Origin: Eledone cirrhosa | Taxonomy: Eukaryota | Assembly: GCA_964016885.1 (NCBI GenBank) | Contig: OZ024744.1 | Location: 99,820,001 to 99,884,000 of the forward strand | Reading direction: 5' to 3' | Length of the DNA: 64,000 nt | Shown here: piece after piece, positions 13,490 through 25,820 of the stretch | Layout of the letters: every line of letters begins with the position of its first letter | Position numbering within the stretch: the first letter of the stretch is position 1 | Position numbers and translations under genes: made by a program | Notes under the pieces: model-generated | Told to the model about the DNA's origin: nothing | Database searches by the model: none | What the model saw: the letters and a program-made list of their open reading frames with translations, nothing else

Positions 13490-13985
13490 AGAGAGTCTCT
13501 GTATCTCTTCATTGACTTATTATTTAACCTTTTGCACAGCTTGGGTTTGCCATAAAACCTTTTTTAGGGTGATGCTTCCTAATATCCATATGAATCATGT
13601 GACCTGTCCATCTTAATTGATTCCGAATAAGTATAGCTTGAGTAGATGTAACTTTTGTCTCAGCAAGAATCTCAGTGTCCGGAGCGAATGTGTTCCAGCG
13701 GAGGAATTTTTAGTGAAACTGCTCCAACATTAAAACATGACATTTGTACAACGTCCATGTCGCAAATGAATTCAATAGCACAGAGAGTATAAATGAAACA
13801 TATACACCAAACTTAGTCTCCGATTTAATGAGTCGTTGTGACCAGACTTCAATTTCTAGTCCACGAAAGGCTTTTGCAGCCTTTTATATACAAGATGTGA
13901 TTTCAGTATCCAATTTGCCATCAGCTTGTATCCTACTGCCAAGGTATTCAAAGGTTACTATCCTTAGCATGTCTTTTCCACATTA
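13490..13985 (-). mobile_element. Decayed RTE/BovB-like LINE C-terminal fragment
   Basis: Minus-strand translation includes FEYLGSRI...KAAKAFRGL...TWTLYK...QLRWTGHMIHM, with stops. Confidence 0.65.
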
Positions 13986-13990
13986 ATTAT

Positions 13991-14069
<79 letters not shown>

Positions 14070-14076
<7 letters not shown>

Positions 14077-14980
14077 GTGAGTTTTTTTTTACAAAATGAA
14101 AAATAACCGAGGTGTCCTACACGAGTGAAAGTATAAAGAAAAAGAGATGAAATCGAAAATGCAACTGGAGTCTTATTTTTTTTTTAAATATATATATTTA
14201 TTTGGTTCCTTTACCGGTTTCGCAGTTCTTCTGCTTTTCAAAAGGTGAGTTGAGATGGAGGGTCTGTGGTTTTTCTCACATCTGGTTGGTCTCTGAATGT
14301 TACTTGTTTTATATGGAAAAAGTGGCTCGAAAACCAGGTTTTTCGAGAAGTAATTTGATTGGTTTGTCAATAATTATAATAAATAAATTTCGCGCCAGTT
14401 CGCGTTACAATAGTTCTTCAAATAAGAGAGGGGGGTTGTCACAGGTTGTTTTTTCATATATGAGTGTTTGAATTTCTTTTTACTTGAAAAAAGGAGGCTC
14501 ACGAAGGCTTTTTTTGGGGTTGGTTATAAATGAAATTTGGCTGTCATGTGAACAAGTTTTCATTACATTTTTGCGCCCTTATTTGGAAAATTATTCTGTA
14601 GTCTTTATAGTGAATGTTATGACAATGGAGAGATAGTGGTCAAGAGAAAAGGGATTGGGAGAATTGTTCTGGTTCAGTGAATATGGCCAGCTCGCCGGGG
14701 TGTCAGAGTTCAGATTTTCTATTGAAGTGAAGATATGTATGTTTATTTGTGTGCTTGTGTGTGTGTATGTGTGTGTGTGTGTATTGGAAGATGATTCTAT
14801 TAGTAGAGATGGGGGAGGGAGTTGTGTGTATATGGGTGTTATGTGTGTGTGTGCGAGTATGTTAAGATGGAGAGAATATATATTTTGTGTGTGTGTATAT
14901 ATATATGTGTGTAGGAAAGTGGTTCTATTAGTAGAAATGGGGAGGGAGTTGTAGGTGTGGGGGTTGTTATGTGTGTGTAT
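14070..14980 (-). mobile_element. Penelope-like 3' end/pLTR; the 14070-14370 part is the same family as 42175-42465
   Basis: Sequence similarity between the two loci, a hammerhead fold followed by AATAAA, and an end at (TA)n. Confidence 0.6.
14208..14245 (-). ncRNA. Minimal hammerhead with U3-A8 variant core
   Basis: Minus strand reads CCTT-TTGAAAA-GCAGaagaaCTGC-GAAACCGGTA-AAGG; stems I and II are perfect and stem III is the palindrome ACCGGT. Confidence 0.7.
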
Positions 14981-15025
14981 GGGTGTTATGTGTGTGGGAG
15001 TATGGTTAGCATGTTAAGATGAAGA

Positions 15026-15066
<41 letters not shown>

Positions 15067-15147
15067 GTGTGTGTGTATGTGTGTGTGTAGGAAAGTGATT
15101 CCTTTAGTAGGAATATTTTTGAATGAACATATTTTCCTTACTTTTTC

Positions 15148-15292
15148 GAGGCACATGGCTTAGTGGTTAGAGCATTGGCCTTGCAATCGAAAGGTTGTGA
15201 GTTCAATTCTCAGACCGGGTGATGTGTTGTTTCCTTGAGCAAGACACTTTATTTCACATTGCTCCAGTTTACTCAGCTGTAGAAATGAGATG
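15148..15292 (+). mobile_element. tRNA-derived SINE (family A), 5' part
   Basis: Box A TGGCTTAGTGG, box B GAGTTCAATTC, then CCTTGAGCAAGACACTTTAT core. Confidence 0.8.
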
Positions 15293-15492
15293 ATAGGGTC
15301 TGGGGTCCCTATCATTCCACTGTAAAGTGGTCGTGGAGGTGCCACGGCAAATAAGCACCCAGCACTCACTGTAAATGAGGTTGGTGTTAGGAAGGGCATC
15401 CAGCTGTAGAAATCAAGCCATAATCAGTTCCCGTCCCACCCTTGCAAGCAGGGAAAAAGCGGACGTAAAATGAAATGAAATGAAATGAATGA

Positions 15493-15547
<55 letters not shown>

Positions 15548-15575
15548 GTGGTTACATAACAGTTAGTTCACCATA

Positions 15576-15616
15576 CCGAGAACAATTGTTTCACCTTCGC
15601 GGATCTTCAGCCTCGG
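15576..15616 (-). ncRNA. Minimal hammerhead motif
   Basis: CCGAGG-CTGAAGA-TCCgcgaaGGT-GAAACAATTGTT-CTCGG; palindromic stem III ACAATTGT; stem I has a 1-nt offset. Confidence 0.6.
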
Positions 15617-15779
15617 GATGTATATCAATATATAAATAGACACACTCACACACTCACACACACGCACACACATATATATAAGAGATGTCAACATGACTGG
15701 ACCTATTATTTTTAGCTAAAGACATTTTTTTCCAATTCCATCCCTCCTGTCCCCTTAATCTATTTTATTTCTCATTCTT

Positions 15780-15815
15780 TCTTTTGATAAAGGGCTAGCG
15801 TCCGAAACGTTAAGA
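15780..15815 (+). ncRNA. Minimal hammerhead-like motif, core TTGATAA
   Basis: TCTT-TTGATAA-AGGGctagcgTCC-GAAACGTT-AAGA. Confidence 0.5.
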
Positions 15816-15899
15816 CCCTCTTCCTGCTATATTAAGCGTTAACCTAATATATACCTTCCATATACTGTACCGATTGTGTTGTTATTTCTGTTTACCTTT

Positions 15900-15941
<42 letters not shown>

Positions 15942-16224
15942 TGTTAGGAAGGGCATCCAACCATAGAAAACCTGCCAAATACAGTCCTATATGAGCGAGA
16001 CATGGTCACCGAAACCATCTTGCTTCATGTGGGACAATTCCACATCTAACCCATGCTAGCATGGGAGATAGACATTAAACAATGATGAGGATGATGAGGA
16101 TATATATACACATACATATATATATATATATATGCATACATAGATATATACATATTTATATATACATGGTAATATACATGGTGTTGGTGACATGACAAAA
16201 TAGCACCGTCTGTCCTGCAAGGTG

Positions 16225-18520
16225 GTCGTGTTGGTCACACAACAAAAAGCACCCAGTCCACCCTATAAAGCGGTTGTGTTGGTCCCACAACAAAAAGCAC
16301 CCAGTCCACCCTATAAAGCGGTTGTGTTGGTCCCACAACAAAAAGCACCCAGTCCACCCTATAAAGCGGTTGTGTTGGTCACACAACAAAAAGCACCCAG
16401 TCCACCCTATAAAGCGGTCATGTTGGTCCCACAACAAAAAGCACCCAGTCCACCCTATAAAGCGGTTGTGTTGGTCCCACAACAAAAAGCACCCAGTCCA
16501 CCCTATAAAGCGGTTGTGTTGGTCCCACAACAAAAAGCACCCAGTCCACCCTATAAAGCAGTTGTGTTGGTCCCACAACAAAAAGCACCCAGTCCACCCT
16601 ATAAAGCAGTTGTGTTGGTCACACAACAAAAAGCACCCAGTCCACCCTATAAAGCAGTTGTGTTGGTCCCACAACAAAAAGCACCCAGTCCACCCTATAA
16701 AGCGGTTGTGTTGGTCACACAACAAAAAGCACCCAGTCCACCCTATAAAGCGGTTGTGTTGGTCACACAACAAAAAGCACCCAGTCCACCCTATAAAGCA
16801 GTTGTGTTGGTCACACAACAAAAAGCACCCAGTCCACCCTATAAAGCGGTTGTGTTGGTCCCACAACAAAAAGCACCCAGTCCACCCTATAAAGCGGTTG
16901 TGTTGGTCACACAACAAAAAGCACCCAGTCCACCCTATAAAGCGGTTGTGTTGGTCACACAACAAAAAGCACCCAGTCCACCCTATAAAGCGGTTGTGTT
17001 GGTCACACAACAAAAAGCACCCAGTCCACCCTATAAAGCGGTTGTGTTGGTCCCACAACAAAAAGCACCCAGTCCACCCTATAAAGCGGTTGTGTTGGTC
17101 CCACAACAAAAAGCACCCAGTCCACCCTATAAAGCGGTTGTGTTGGTCACACAACAAAAAGCACCCAGTCCACCCTATAAAGCAGTTGTGTTGGTCCCAC
17201 AACAAAAAGCACCCAGTCCACCCTATAAAGCGGTTGTGTTGGTCCCACAACAAAAAGCACCCAGTCCACCCTATAAAGCGGTTGTGTTGGTCCCACAACA
17301 AAAAGCACCCAGTCCACCCTATAAAGCGGTTGTGTTGGTCACACAACAAAAAGCACCCAGTCCACCCTATAAAGCAGTTGTGTTGGTCACACAACAAAAA
17401 GCACCCAGTCCACCCTATAAAGCGGTTGTGTTGGTCCCACAACAAAAAGCACCCAGTCCACCCTATAAAGCGGTTGTGTTGGTCACACAACAAAAAGCAC
17501 CCAGTCCACCCTATAAAGCGGTTGTGTTGGTCACACAACAAAAAGCACCCAGTCCACCCTATAAAGCGGTTGTGTTGGTCACACAACAAAAAGCACCCAG
17601 TCCACCCTATAAAGCGGTTGTGTTGGTCCCACAACAAAAAGCACCCAGTCCACCCTATAAAGCGGTTGTGTTGGTCACACAACAAAAAGCACCCAGTCCA
17701 CCCTATAAAGCGGTTGTGTTGGTCACACAACAAAAAGCACCCAGTCCACCCTATAAAGCGGTTGTGTTGGTCACACAACAAAAAGCACCCAGTCCACCCT
17801 ATAAAGCGGTTGTGTTGGTCCCACAACAAAAAGTACCCAGTCCACCCTATAAAGCGGTTGTGTTGGTCACACAACAAAAAGCACCCAGTCCACCCTATAA
17901 AGCGGTTGTGTTGGTCACACAACAAAAAGCACCCAGTCCACCCTATAAAGCGGTTGTGTTGGTCACACAACAAAAAGCACCCAGTCCACCCTATAAAGCG
18001 GTTGTGTTGGTCCCACAACAAAAAGCACCCAGTCCACCCTATAAAGCGGTTGTGTTGGTCACACAACAAAAAGCACCCAGTCCACCCTATAAAGCAGTTG
18101 TGTTGGTCACACAACAAAAAGCACCCAGTCCACCCTATAAAGCAGTTGTGTTGGTCACACAACAAAAAGCACCCAGTCCACCCTATAAAGCGGTTGTGTT
18201 GGTCCCACAACAAAAAGCACCCAGTCCACCCTATAAAGCGGTTGTGTTGGTCCCACAACAAAAAGCACCCAGTCCACCCTATAAAGTGGTTGTGTTGGTC
18301 CCACAACAAAAAGCACCCAGTCCACCCTATAAAGCGGTTGTGTTGGTCACACAACAAAAAGCACCCAGTCCACCCTATAAAGCGGTTGTGTTGGTCACAC
18401 AACAAAAAGCACCCAGTCCACCCTATAAAGCGGTTGTGTTGGTCACACAACAAAAAGCACCCAGTCCACCCTATAAAGCGGTTGTGTTGGTGCCACGACA
18501 AAAAGCATCCAGTCCACCCC
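16225..18520. repeat. 48-bp minisatellite, ~47 copies, derived from the RTE 3'UTR
   Basis: Unit GTTGTGTTGGTC(C/A)CACAACAAAAAGCACCCAGTCCACCCTATAAAGCG resembles 9579-9632 and continues into an ordinary RTE tail at 18520-19000. Confidence 0.95.
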
Positions 18521-18727
18521 ACAAGGTGGTCATTCTGGTGACATGAAGACCCAGTCAAACCTGTCAGTTGGTCGTTTTGGTGCCATGATAAAAAGCATCC
18601 ACACCACCCTGTAAATATGGTTGGTGTTAGGAGGCGCATCCGGCCATAGAAACTAATCTAGAACCAGTTCTATATGGACAATCATGGCCATCTGATCTGG
18701 CTTGTCTCACAGGTACTACTCATTTAA

Positions 18728-18949
18728 CCCTTTAGCATTTAAACCAGCCATATCCGGTCAAAATTCTCTCACCTCTTTCTGTTCAAACCGGCAATAACCG
18801 ACCGCTCATACTGATGTTAAGGTATTGTTCTCAGAATAAATAATATCAAAAATCTCATAGCTTCGATATTATGTGAGGTAATTATGTAAGATAAAGCCTT
18901 TACCATGAAAATATAATAGTAAATATAGAGTAATGTGAATGCTAAAGGG
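18728..18949. mobile_element. piggyBac-type MITE nested in an RTE tail
   Basis: TTAA|CCCTTTAGCATT ... AATGCTAAAGGG|TTAA: TIRs plus TTAA target duplication. Related copies at 63793-64000 and ~10194-10270. Confidence 0.85.
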
Positions 18950-19184
18950 TTAACCTATGCTAGTATGGAAAATAGGCGTTAAATGATGATGAGGATGGTG
19001 ATATATATTATATATAATATATATATATATATTATATATAATATGTATATGTGTGTATATGTGTGTGTGTGTGTATGTAAATACATGATCATAAAAATAG
19101 ATCAAAATTAAATTATTTCAAACTTATTATATATGAATATATATTATATTATATATATATATACATATACATATATATATATAT

Positions 19185-19664
19185 CATCATCATCATCATC
19201 ATCATCATCGTTTAACGTCCATATTCCACGCTTGCATGGGTTTGGACGGGAGTTTTCCCACTTGAGGCAAGAGTGGTTGTCCTGCTCGCGTAGGACTGTC
19301 TGGCGGGTTTTCTACGGCTGGATGCCCTTCCTAACACCAACCACATTTACAGTGTGGAACTGGGAGCTTTTTACCGTGTTACCTACACGGCCACATTACA
19401 GCGTGGACTGTGTGTTTTTTTGTCGTGACACCTACACGACCTCATTTGTTTCGGCCTGGATGTTGTGGCACCAACATAACTTTACATTGAAAGGGGTGGT
19501 GTGGATGGGGTGGGGGGGTAGTGGGATGGGGGTGTATTTTGTTAGAGATGCCTACTGACTGTAGTAGGTTTCACTTTGTACTTAGGTATATATATATATA
19601 TTATATATATATATTATGAATAAGACCCGTCCCACCCTTGCAAGCAGGGAAAAGCGGACGTAAA

Positions 19665-19703
<39 letters not shown>

Positions 19704-19894
19704 ATATATATATATTATATATATATATTGTATATATATATATTATCAACATGGGCGGAGGTGGTGAGAGCAGACTTCAGATCGGCTGAAGCTCACAGTG
19801 GAGATGACGAAGGACCGTGACAAGTGGAGAAATGCTGTGCTGAATAGGACCCGTCCCACCCTTGCAAGCAGGGAAAAGCGGACGTAAAATGATG

Positions 19895-19895
<1 letters not shown>
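19185..19895. mobile_element. Cluster of RTE 3' ends (19185-19590 minus; 19618-19700 and 19748-19895 plus)
   Basis: Match the two RTE 3'UTR types; separated by (TA)n. Confidence 0.8.
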
Positions 19896-19952
<57 letters not shown>

Positions 19953-20058
19953 TATACATATGTATATGTATAGACATATATATATATATATATATATATG
20001 TCTATACATATGTATATGTATAGACATATACATATGTATATACAGCTGCCTTTGTTGT

Positions 20059-20103
<45 letters not shown>

Positions 20104-20410
20104 AATATAAGCTCGCATGGCTAAGTCCATTATATTATATATAGGGAGAGTCAGGACCCCGAAGGCAGAGCTCCAGCCATTTCACCAGCTTCATCTGAAA
20201 GTTATGGTTCACCTGGTATCTTACCACACCTTCTTTGCTTTGATTTTATACATATATGTATATATATCTGTGTGTGTGTGTGTGTGTGTGTGTAACCACC
20301 AACACCAACACCAACGCCAACGCCACTACCAATACCACCATCATCACAAGCACCAACACCAACACCAACACCAACACCAAGAACACACCACACCTTCTTT
20401 GCTTTGATTT

Positions 20411-20479
<69 letters not shown>

Positions 20480-20818
20480 ATATATATGTGTGTGTGTGTG
20501 TGTGTATATATATGTGTGTGTGCGTGTGTATATATATATATATATACACACATGCGGGCATATATAAACATTACACACGCACATATACACACGCAATCTT
20601 TTAAGGGTACTCTTAGCTGTCTTCAAACACACGTTGCTTAACCCCCCCCCCTCTCTCTCTCTCCAACAACGTACTAATAACTAACGATCCAATCCCCCCC
20701 CCCCCCCCCCCCTCAAAAAAAGATGAAATAAAATTTTAAAAAAACAATCGAGTTCGAAATCAATCAATCAATCAAAAGGAACTAATACTAAAATTAAAAA
20801 AAACAACAATATACTTAC

Positions 20819-20902
20819 AAATATACCGGCTGAAATAACGATGACAAAATATCCTACTATAACTACAATGTCTCCCCAGTGGAGGGCTGTTTTAGCTACC
20901 AT
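20819..20902 (-). CDS. First coding exon of an SLC5-family sodium:solute symporter (SGLT/SMIT-like)
   Basis: ATG at 20902 gives MVAKTALHWGDIVVIVGYFVIVISAGIF (84 nt), followed directly by donor GTAAGT (phase 0). This matches the SLC5 TM1 pattern D-I-x-V-I-V-x-Y-F and the intron position after TM1 in SLC5A1-type genes. I found no exon 2 (GxFLAGR) in the window. Confidence 0.8.
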
Positions 20903-20939
20903 TTCTGACTCTCTCTGATGTCCGTCTTTATGAACGACC

Positions 20940-21050
20940 GATCTGTTTAAATAAGCTTTGTTTATTTTCCAACTATTATGAATGTTACAAAACTTCACTC
21001 ATGCAGGTAAATACATTCACGCCATTGGTTAATTGCTTTGTGACGTACAC
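20940..21050 (-). promoter_or_regulatory. Possible proximal promoter of the SLC5 gene
   Basis: Minus-strand TATTTAAA about 45 nt upstream of the ATG, CCAAT at ~21023-21027 and TGACGT at ~21040. The TTTAAACAG could instead be a splice acceptor. Confidence 0.25.
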
Positions 21051-21211
21051 ACAGGTGGTTTTTATTTTATTTTATTTTATTTTATTTTATTTTATTTTAT
21101 TTTAATTTATTTTAATTTATTTTATTTTATTTTATTTGTTTGTTTATATTTATATTTATTTATTTATTTCCATAGGCGTGGATGCAGTAACTGAAGGGTG
21201 AATCTAGTTGC

Positions 21212-21255
<44 letters not shown>

Positions 21256-21460
21256 GTGTGTCAGTTTTTATCAGATGTAAAGGGTTCGGATGTAGTAGTG
21301 TGGTGGTGGTGTTGGTGGTGGTGGGGTTGGTAGTGGTGGTGGTAGTTGTGGTGGTAGTGGTGGTGGTGGTGGTAGTGGTGGGGGTAGTGGTAGAGGTTGT
21401 GGTAGTTTGGTGTTGGTGATAGTGGTGGTGGTGGTAGTAGTGGTGGTGGTGGCGGTGATT

Positions 21461-21826
21461 ATTAAGTCAAATATGTAAAATTTGGCTTCGTTTATTATAA
21501 ATTATAGATATACTGCTATATATATTTCGGTGACAGCCATCATTGGCTGTGACCTCTTCAGGCAGTCCGAATTGGTGTGGGAAAGACAGGTACACATGTA
21601 CATCATATGATTCCAGTTCCTCAGAGAAATAACAACACTACCAGGAGCTGGACATATCGGAGTATTGACGGAGTAAAACACACTTCAACAACATGTGTAC
21701 CTGTCTTTCCCACACCAATTCGGACTACCTGAAGAGGTCACAGCCAATGATGGCTGTCACCGAAATATATATAGCAGTATATCTATAATTTATAACCGAA
21801 GTCAAATTTTACCTATTTGACTTAAT
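21461..21826. mobile_element. Fold-back element with a hammerhead in each arm (minus 21512-21566; plus 21724-21778)
   Basis: ACT(G/A)C-CTGAAGA-GGTCACAGCCAatgaTGGCTGTCACC-GAAATATATATA-GCAGT; arms 21461-21599 and 21691-21826. Confidence 0.85.
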
Positions 21827-21943
21827 TATTTTACATTACTCCGGAGTAAACAAACCAAGCTGCGTACTTCATCGAGTGCTCCAATCTGCATACTGAGGTG
21901 TTGGTAAACAAATAACATATACTCAAAATTTATATATATATAT

Positions 21944-22985
21944 CGAATTCCATGTGCGTATTTAGCCTGGGTTAAGCCATCTTATCCGTTCGGACGAAGC
22001 TCGTTGAAGAAGTAAATTTCCTGTCCCCTGAATTCTAGAAGTCTTATATATTTATATGTGAGCTGATAGAGTACAGTTTAAGGATTTACAGAAACCCAAG
22101 AAGCTAGATTTAACACCTTTCTAGTGGGTCCGGGTATGATTTTACATTCATTAAATTATTAATTTATTGATATTTTTTATCTGAGTGTCCCGAATCTTCC
22201 GTTATCGATTTTTTCGATCGTGCGGTTGATTATAGACTTGTTCTATGTGTGACGGTATTTTAACGATAGTTATAGCTCTGATTTATCTAAATCAGCGAGC
22301 ACTCTGCCGCTCATATCGAATTTTGTTTATCGTGAACTCGTGCGCCGATTTTTCGATACTCGATCATTCTAATATATTTAGCTCTGGACATAGCTATCCA
22401 CCAGTTAATTTTATTGCTCATTTTTTGTCGATTCTATTGAGTGATGAATAGCTCCTGTTTTATTTTAACATGTCTATTGAGCACTTTTATTCGATATGTG
22501 TATTTCCACATTTTCTCGAATAGTTTTCGCGGATGTAGAGGTTATCTCCCTTGCCGAATTCCATGTGCGTATTTAGCCTGGGTTAAGCCATCTTATCCGT
22601 TCGGACGAAGCTCGTTGAAGAAGTAAATTTCCTGTCCCCTGAATTCTAGAAGTCTTATATATTTATATGTGAGCTGATAGAGTACAGTTTAAGGATTTAC
22701 AGAAACCCAAGAAGCTAGATTTAACACCTTTCTAGTGGGTCCGGGTATGATTTTACATTCATTTAAATTATTAATTTATTGATATTTTTTATCTGAGTGT
22801 CCCGAATCTTCCGTTATCGATTTTTTTCGATCGTGCGGTTGATTATAGACTTGTTCTATGTGTGACGGTATTTTAACGATAGTTATAGCTCTGATTTATC
22901 TAAATCAGCGAGCACTCTGCCGCTCATATCGAATTTTGTTTATCGTGAACTCGTGCGCCGATTTTTCGATACTCGATCATTCTAA
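21944..22985. repeat. Head-to-tail 1.7-mer of a 611-bp unit between (TA)n tracts
   Basis: The unit starting CGAATTCCATGTGCG at 21944 recurs at 22555; the copies differ only by rare homopolymer indels. Confidence 0.92.
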
Positions 22986-23009
22986 TATATATATATATAT
23001 ATATATATT

Positions 23010-23822
23010 GGATTGGAACGCATATATGGCAGTGAGACATGGACATTGAGTGCAGAGGACCTGCGCAGACTGGAAAGGAACGAAGCATGCATGCTCCGTT
23101 GTAATATACGTGAACGGCAAAGCATAAATGAACTAAGTGAGAAATTAGGAATAAGAGGGATCAGATGCTGTTTATTTGAGAGAAGACTACGTTGGTATGG
23201 CCACGTGATGTGCATGAAAGACGACAGCTGTATAAAAAAGTGCAGGGCGATCAAAATTGATGGTAGTGATGGAGTAGGTAGACCCAGAAAAACCTGGGAC
23301 GATCAGATAAATTCCAACCTTACACACTTACACCTCTCCAAGACAATGTCACTGGACCAAGATCTTTGGCGCTACACAGTAATACAGAAGACCTGCCTTG
23401 CCTATGTACAAAGCGAAACCTAGTCAGTAGGCACCTCTTAACCAAATATACACCCCAATCCACTACCCCTACCCTATCCTCCCACTCCCACCAACACCAC
23501 CCTCTCTCTGTAAAGTTGGTACCACAACATCCAAATAAATGAGATAACGATATCGAGATCGTGTAGGTGTCACGACAAAACACACAGTCCACGCTGTAAT
23601 GTGGTCGTGTAGGTAACACGGTAAAAAGTTCCCAGTTCTACACTGTAAATGTGGTTGTTGTTAGGAAGGGCATCCAGCCGTAGAAAACCTGCCAGAAAAC
23701 CATATGAGCGAGACACGGTCACCCGACCAACCTTGCCTCAAGTGGGACAACTCCCATCTAACCCATGCTAGCGTAGAAGATGGACGTTAAACGAAGATGA
23801 TGATGATGATGATGATGATGAT
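23010..23822 (+). mobile_element. RTE LINE 3' fragment
   Basis: ORF 23013-23423 has YGSETW and RRLRWYGHV; (GAT)n tail. Confidence 0.9.
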
Positions 23823-23962
23823 ATGTGTATATCTGTGTTTGTCTTTCTTTCTATATTATATCATATTATAAGGCTCGGAAAATATTTTCCTTGAGCTATT
23901 TTAATTATAAGGAACTATTGTGAATTTTTAACTCGATATATATATATGTGTGTGTGTATGTT

Positions 23963-24011
<49 letters not shown>

Positions 24012-24017
<6 letters not shown>

Positions 24018-24370
24018 AGCTAACCTCAGTCTCCTCTGTGTCACTTTTGAGCTGACTTTTGGGATGCTCCCATACAGCTCTGAGTTTTTCATCCTCAGTG
24101 TATACTGATTAATGTTCAGAGCCATCCTCAGCATTCTCGTGTAGCACCCATCCACCATCTGAGTTGACATTGCACTCAGTACTCCTTTGGGAGCCCCTAC
24201 ATGGAAACACTAGAAGAGGAAGACCAAGGTTAACGTATGTTGATGCCCTAAGGACAGACACTGGTCTATTGGAGACGCAGGACATGGCAGCGATAATGAG
24301 GGACAGGGACCGCTGGAGAGAACTCGTCCATGGATCTCGGGAATTTTACCCGCCTTAGAAAATGAGAATA

Positions 24371-24372
<2 letters not shown>
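24012..24372 (+). mobile_element. RTE-superfamily (RTEX-like) LINE 3' end with 5' inversion
   Basis: Minus 24012-24160 encodes DGCYTRMLRMALN...RRLRLAGH; plus 24160-24358 continues LTLHSVLLWEPLHG..RGRPRLTYVD. Confidence 0.8.
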
Positions 24373-24434
<62 letters not shown>

Positions 24435-24866
24435 GACGTAAAATAAGAAAATTATAAAAATTAACTTACTTACTAAAATTTCACTCCAACTAATTAGTTT
24501 CTGAAAGGGAATAAACATGGTTTCCGAATGGAACCCATGGAGAAAGCCTTTCGTCATCAGGAAGTCTATTCTCAGCTAATTTCGCAGGCGATGCGTGGAC
24601 ACAGGGAATGTATACAAAAATAATTCAGTGGATGGAAAAAAGCAAGCGTGGACTAAATTCCAAGACATTGAAAAAATCACTGCCTACTTGGTCGGTGGCA
24701 AATTCAAAAGAATCAATCACGGGACATCGAGGTTAATCAGTGAGGAGTGGGCTGTTAAGAAGACAGTAGCCAAACTATTACGATGAACTATAATAGCAGT
24801 TTTGGCAAATTTTTGCTCAACAAAATAATTTGGAAATAATTATATATGTTGGTAGATATACTAATT

Positions 24867-24967
<101 letters not shown>

Positions 24968-25129
24968 CATATATATACAGTATTACCACCCCACATTAAT
25001 TCCTCGATGTGTATGTGGGGGTGTGTGTGAGTGTATGTGCAAGTCAACATAAGTCTTTTTATATGTACATTTTCTAGTATTCTACTCTAACTATAATTTT
25101 CAGTAGTACCACTCTACATAAATTTCTCA

Positions 25130-25520
25130 ATTTAAGAATGATCTGTAGCATCGAATTTCATACTAAAAACCTTAATTGAATATATATCTGACCAGGAATG
25201 CTTTTTGTGAAAATCAGTCATATGGAACTATTGTCATCTTGCCTGGCGGTTTGAACTTTACAACACCACCTGCCTCTTTGAGGTCAAATACCAACCCTAC
25301 TTGTATCTACAAACTGACCAATGAGAATTAAGACTATTCCTGCTGACAACATTAAATTATTCCTAACAAGCTCATATGTCCCTAGGCTCTGATACCATCA
25401 ACACCATAAACACAGAGTTGGCATATCTAAGAACTGACTGTTTGCCTGATGAAGTCATAGACATTCAATGGCTATCATCGAAAAATATATAGCAGTAAAT
25501 AAAGGATTATGAGTTCATGC
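25130..25520 (+). mobile_element. Penelope-like 3' remnant with hammerhead (25442-25495)
   Basis: Decayed C-terminal GTIVILPGGLN (resembles the PLE ..P.GLN end), then TTGC-CTGATGA-...-GAAAAATATATA-GCAG and AATAAA. Confidence 0.6.
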
Positions 25521-25565
25521 AATTGACTTATGTTTCGTCACTATATATATATATGTATGTATATA

Positions 25566-25737
25566 TAGTTATGTAATAAACAACATAAGATAATTATTTC
25601 ATTTACCAGTGGTTTCTTGAAGGCAGATAGATGTTATGTCTGCCTTCATTCTGACGACTGAAGACAGACATAACATCTGCCTTCAAGAAACCACTGGTAA
25701 ATGAAATGATTATCTTATGTTGTTTATTACATAACTA
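25566..25737. mobile_element. Fold-back element with a complete hammerhead (plus 25645-25705)
   Basis: TTCATT-CTGACGA-CTGAAGACAGAcataacaTCTGCCTTCAA-GAAACCACTGGTA-AATGAA; the left arm is the inverted 3' part. Confidence 0.85.
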
Positions 25738-25820
25738 ATAAGCTATGTAGCCTACATCGACCACGCTTTTTTCCTTTACCTTTCCGACGGAAATACTTTA
25801 TTTATATAAATATATATATA

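Noticed and set aside
15148-15225. tRNA gene (also 54517 and 52368)
   Set aside because: The A and B boxes continue into SINE cores and there is no intact cloverleaf.
16225-18520. CRISPR-like array, or 750-830-aa repeat proteins
   Set aside because: There are no unique spacers and no cas genes; the ORFs arise from a stop-free 48-bp unit derived from a LINE UTR.
24505-24570. Minus-strand CTGATGA-CGAA...TTCG-GAAACCATGTT
   Set aside because: Probably a decayed hammerhead, but stem I does not pair, so I did not call it.
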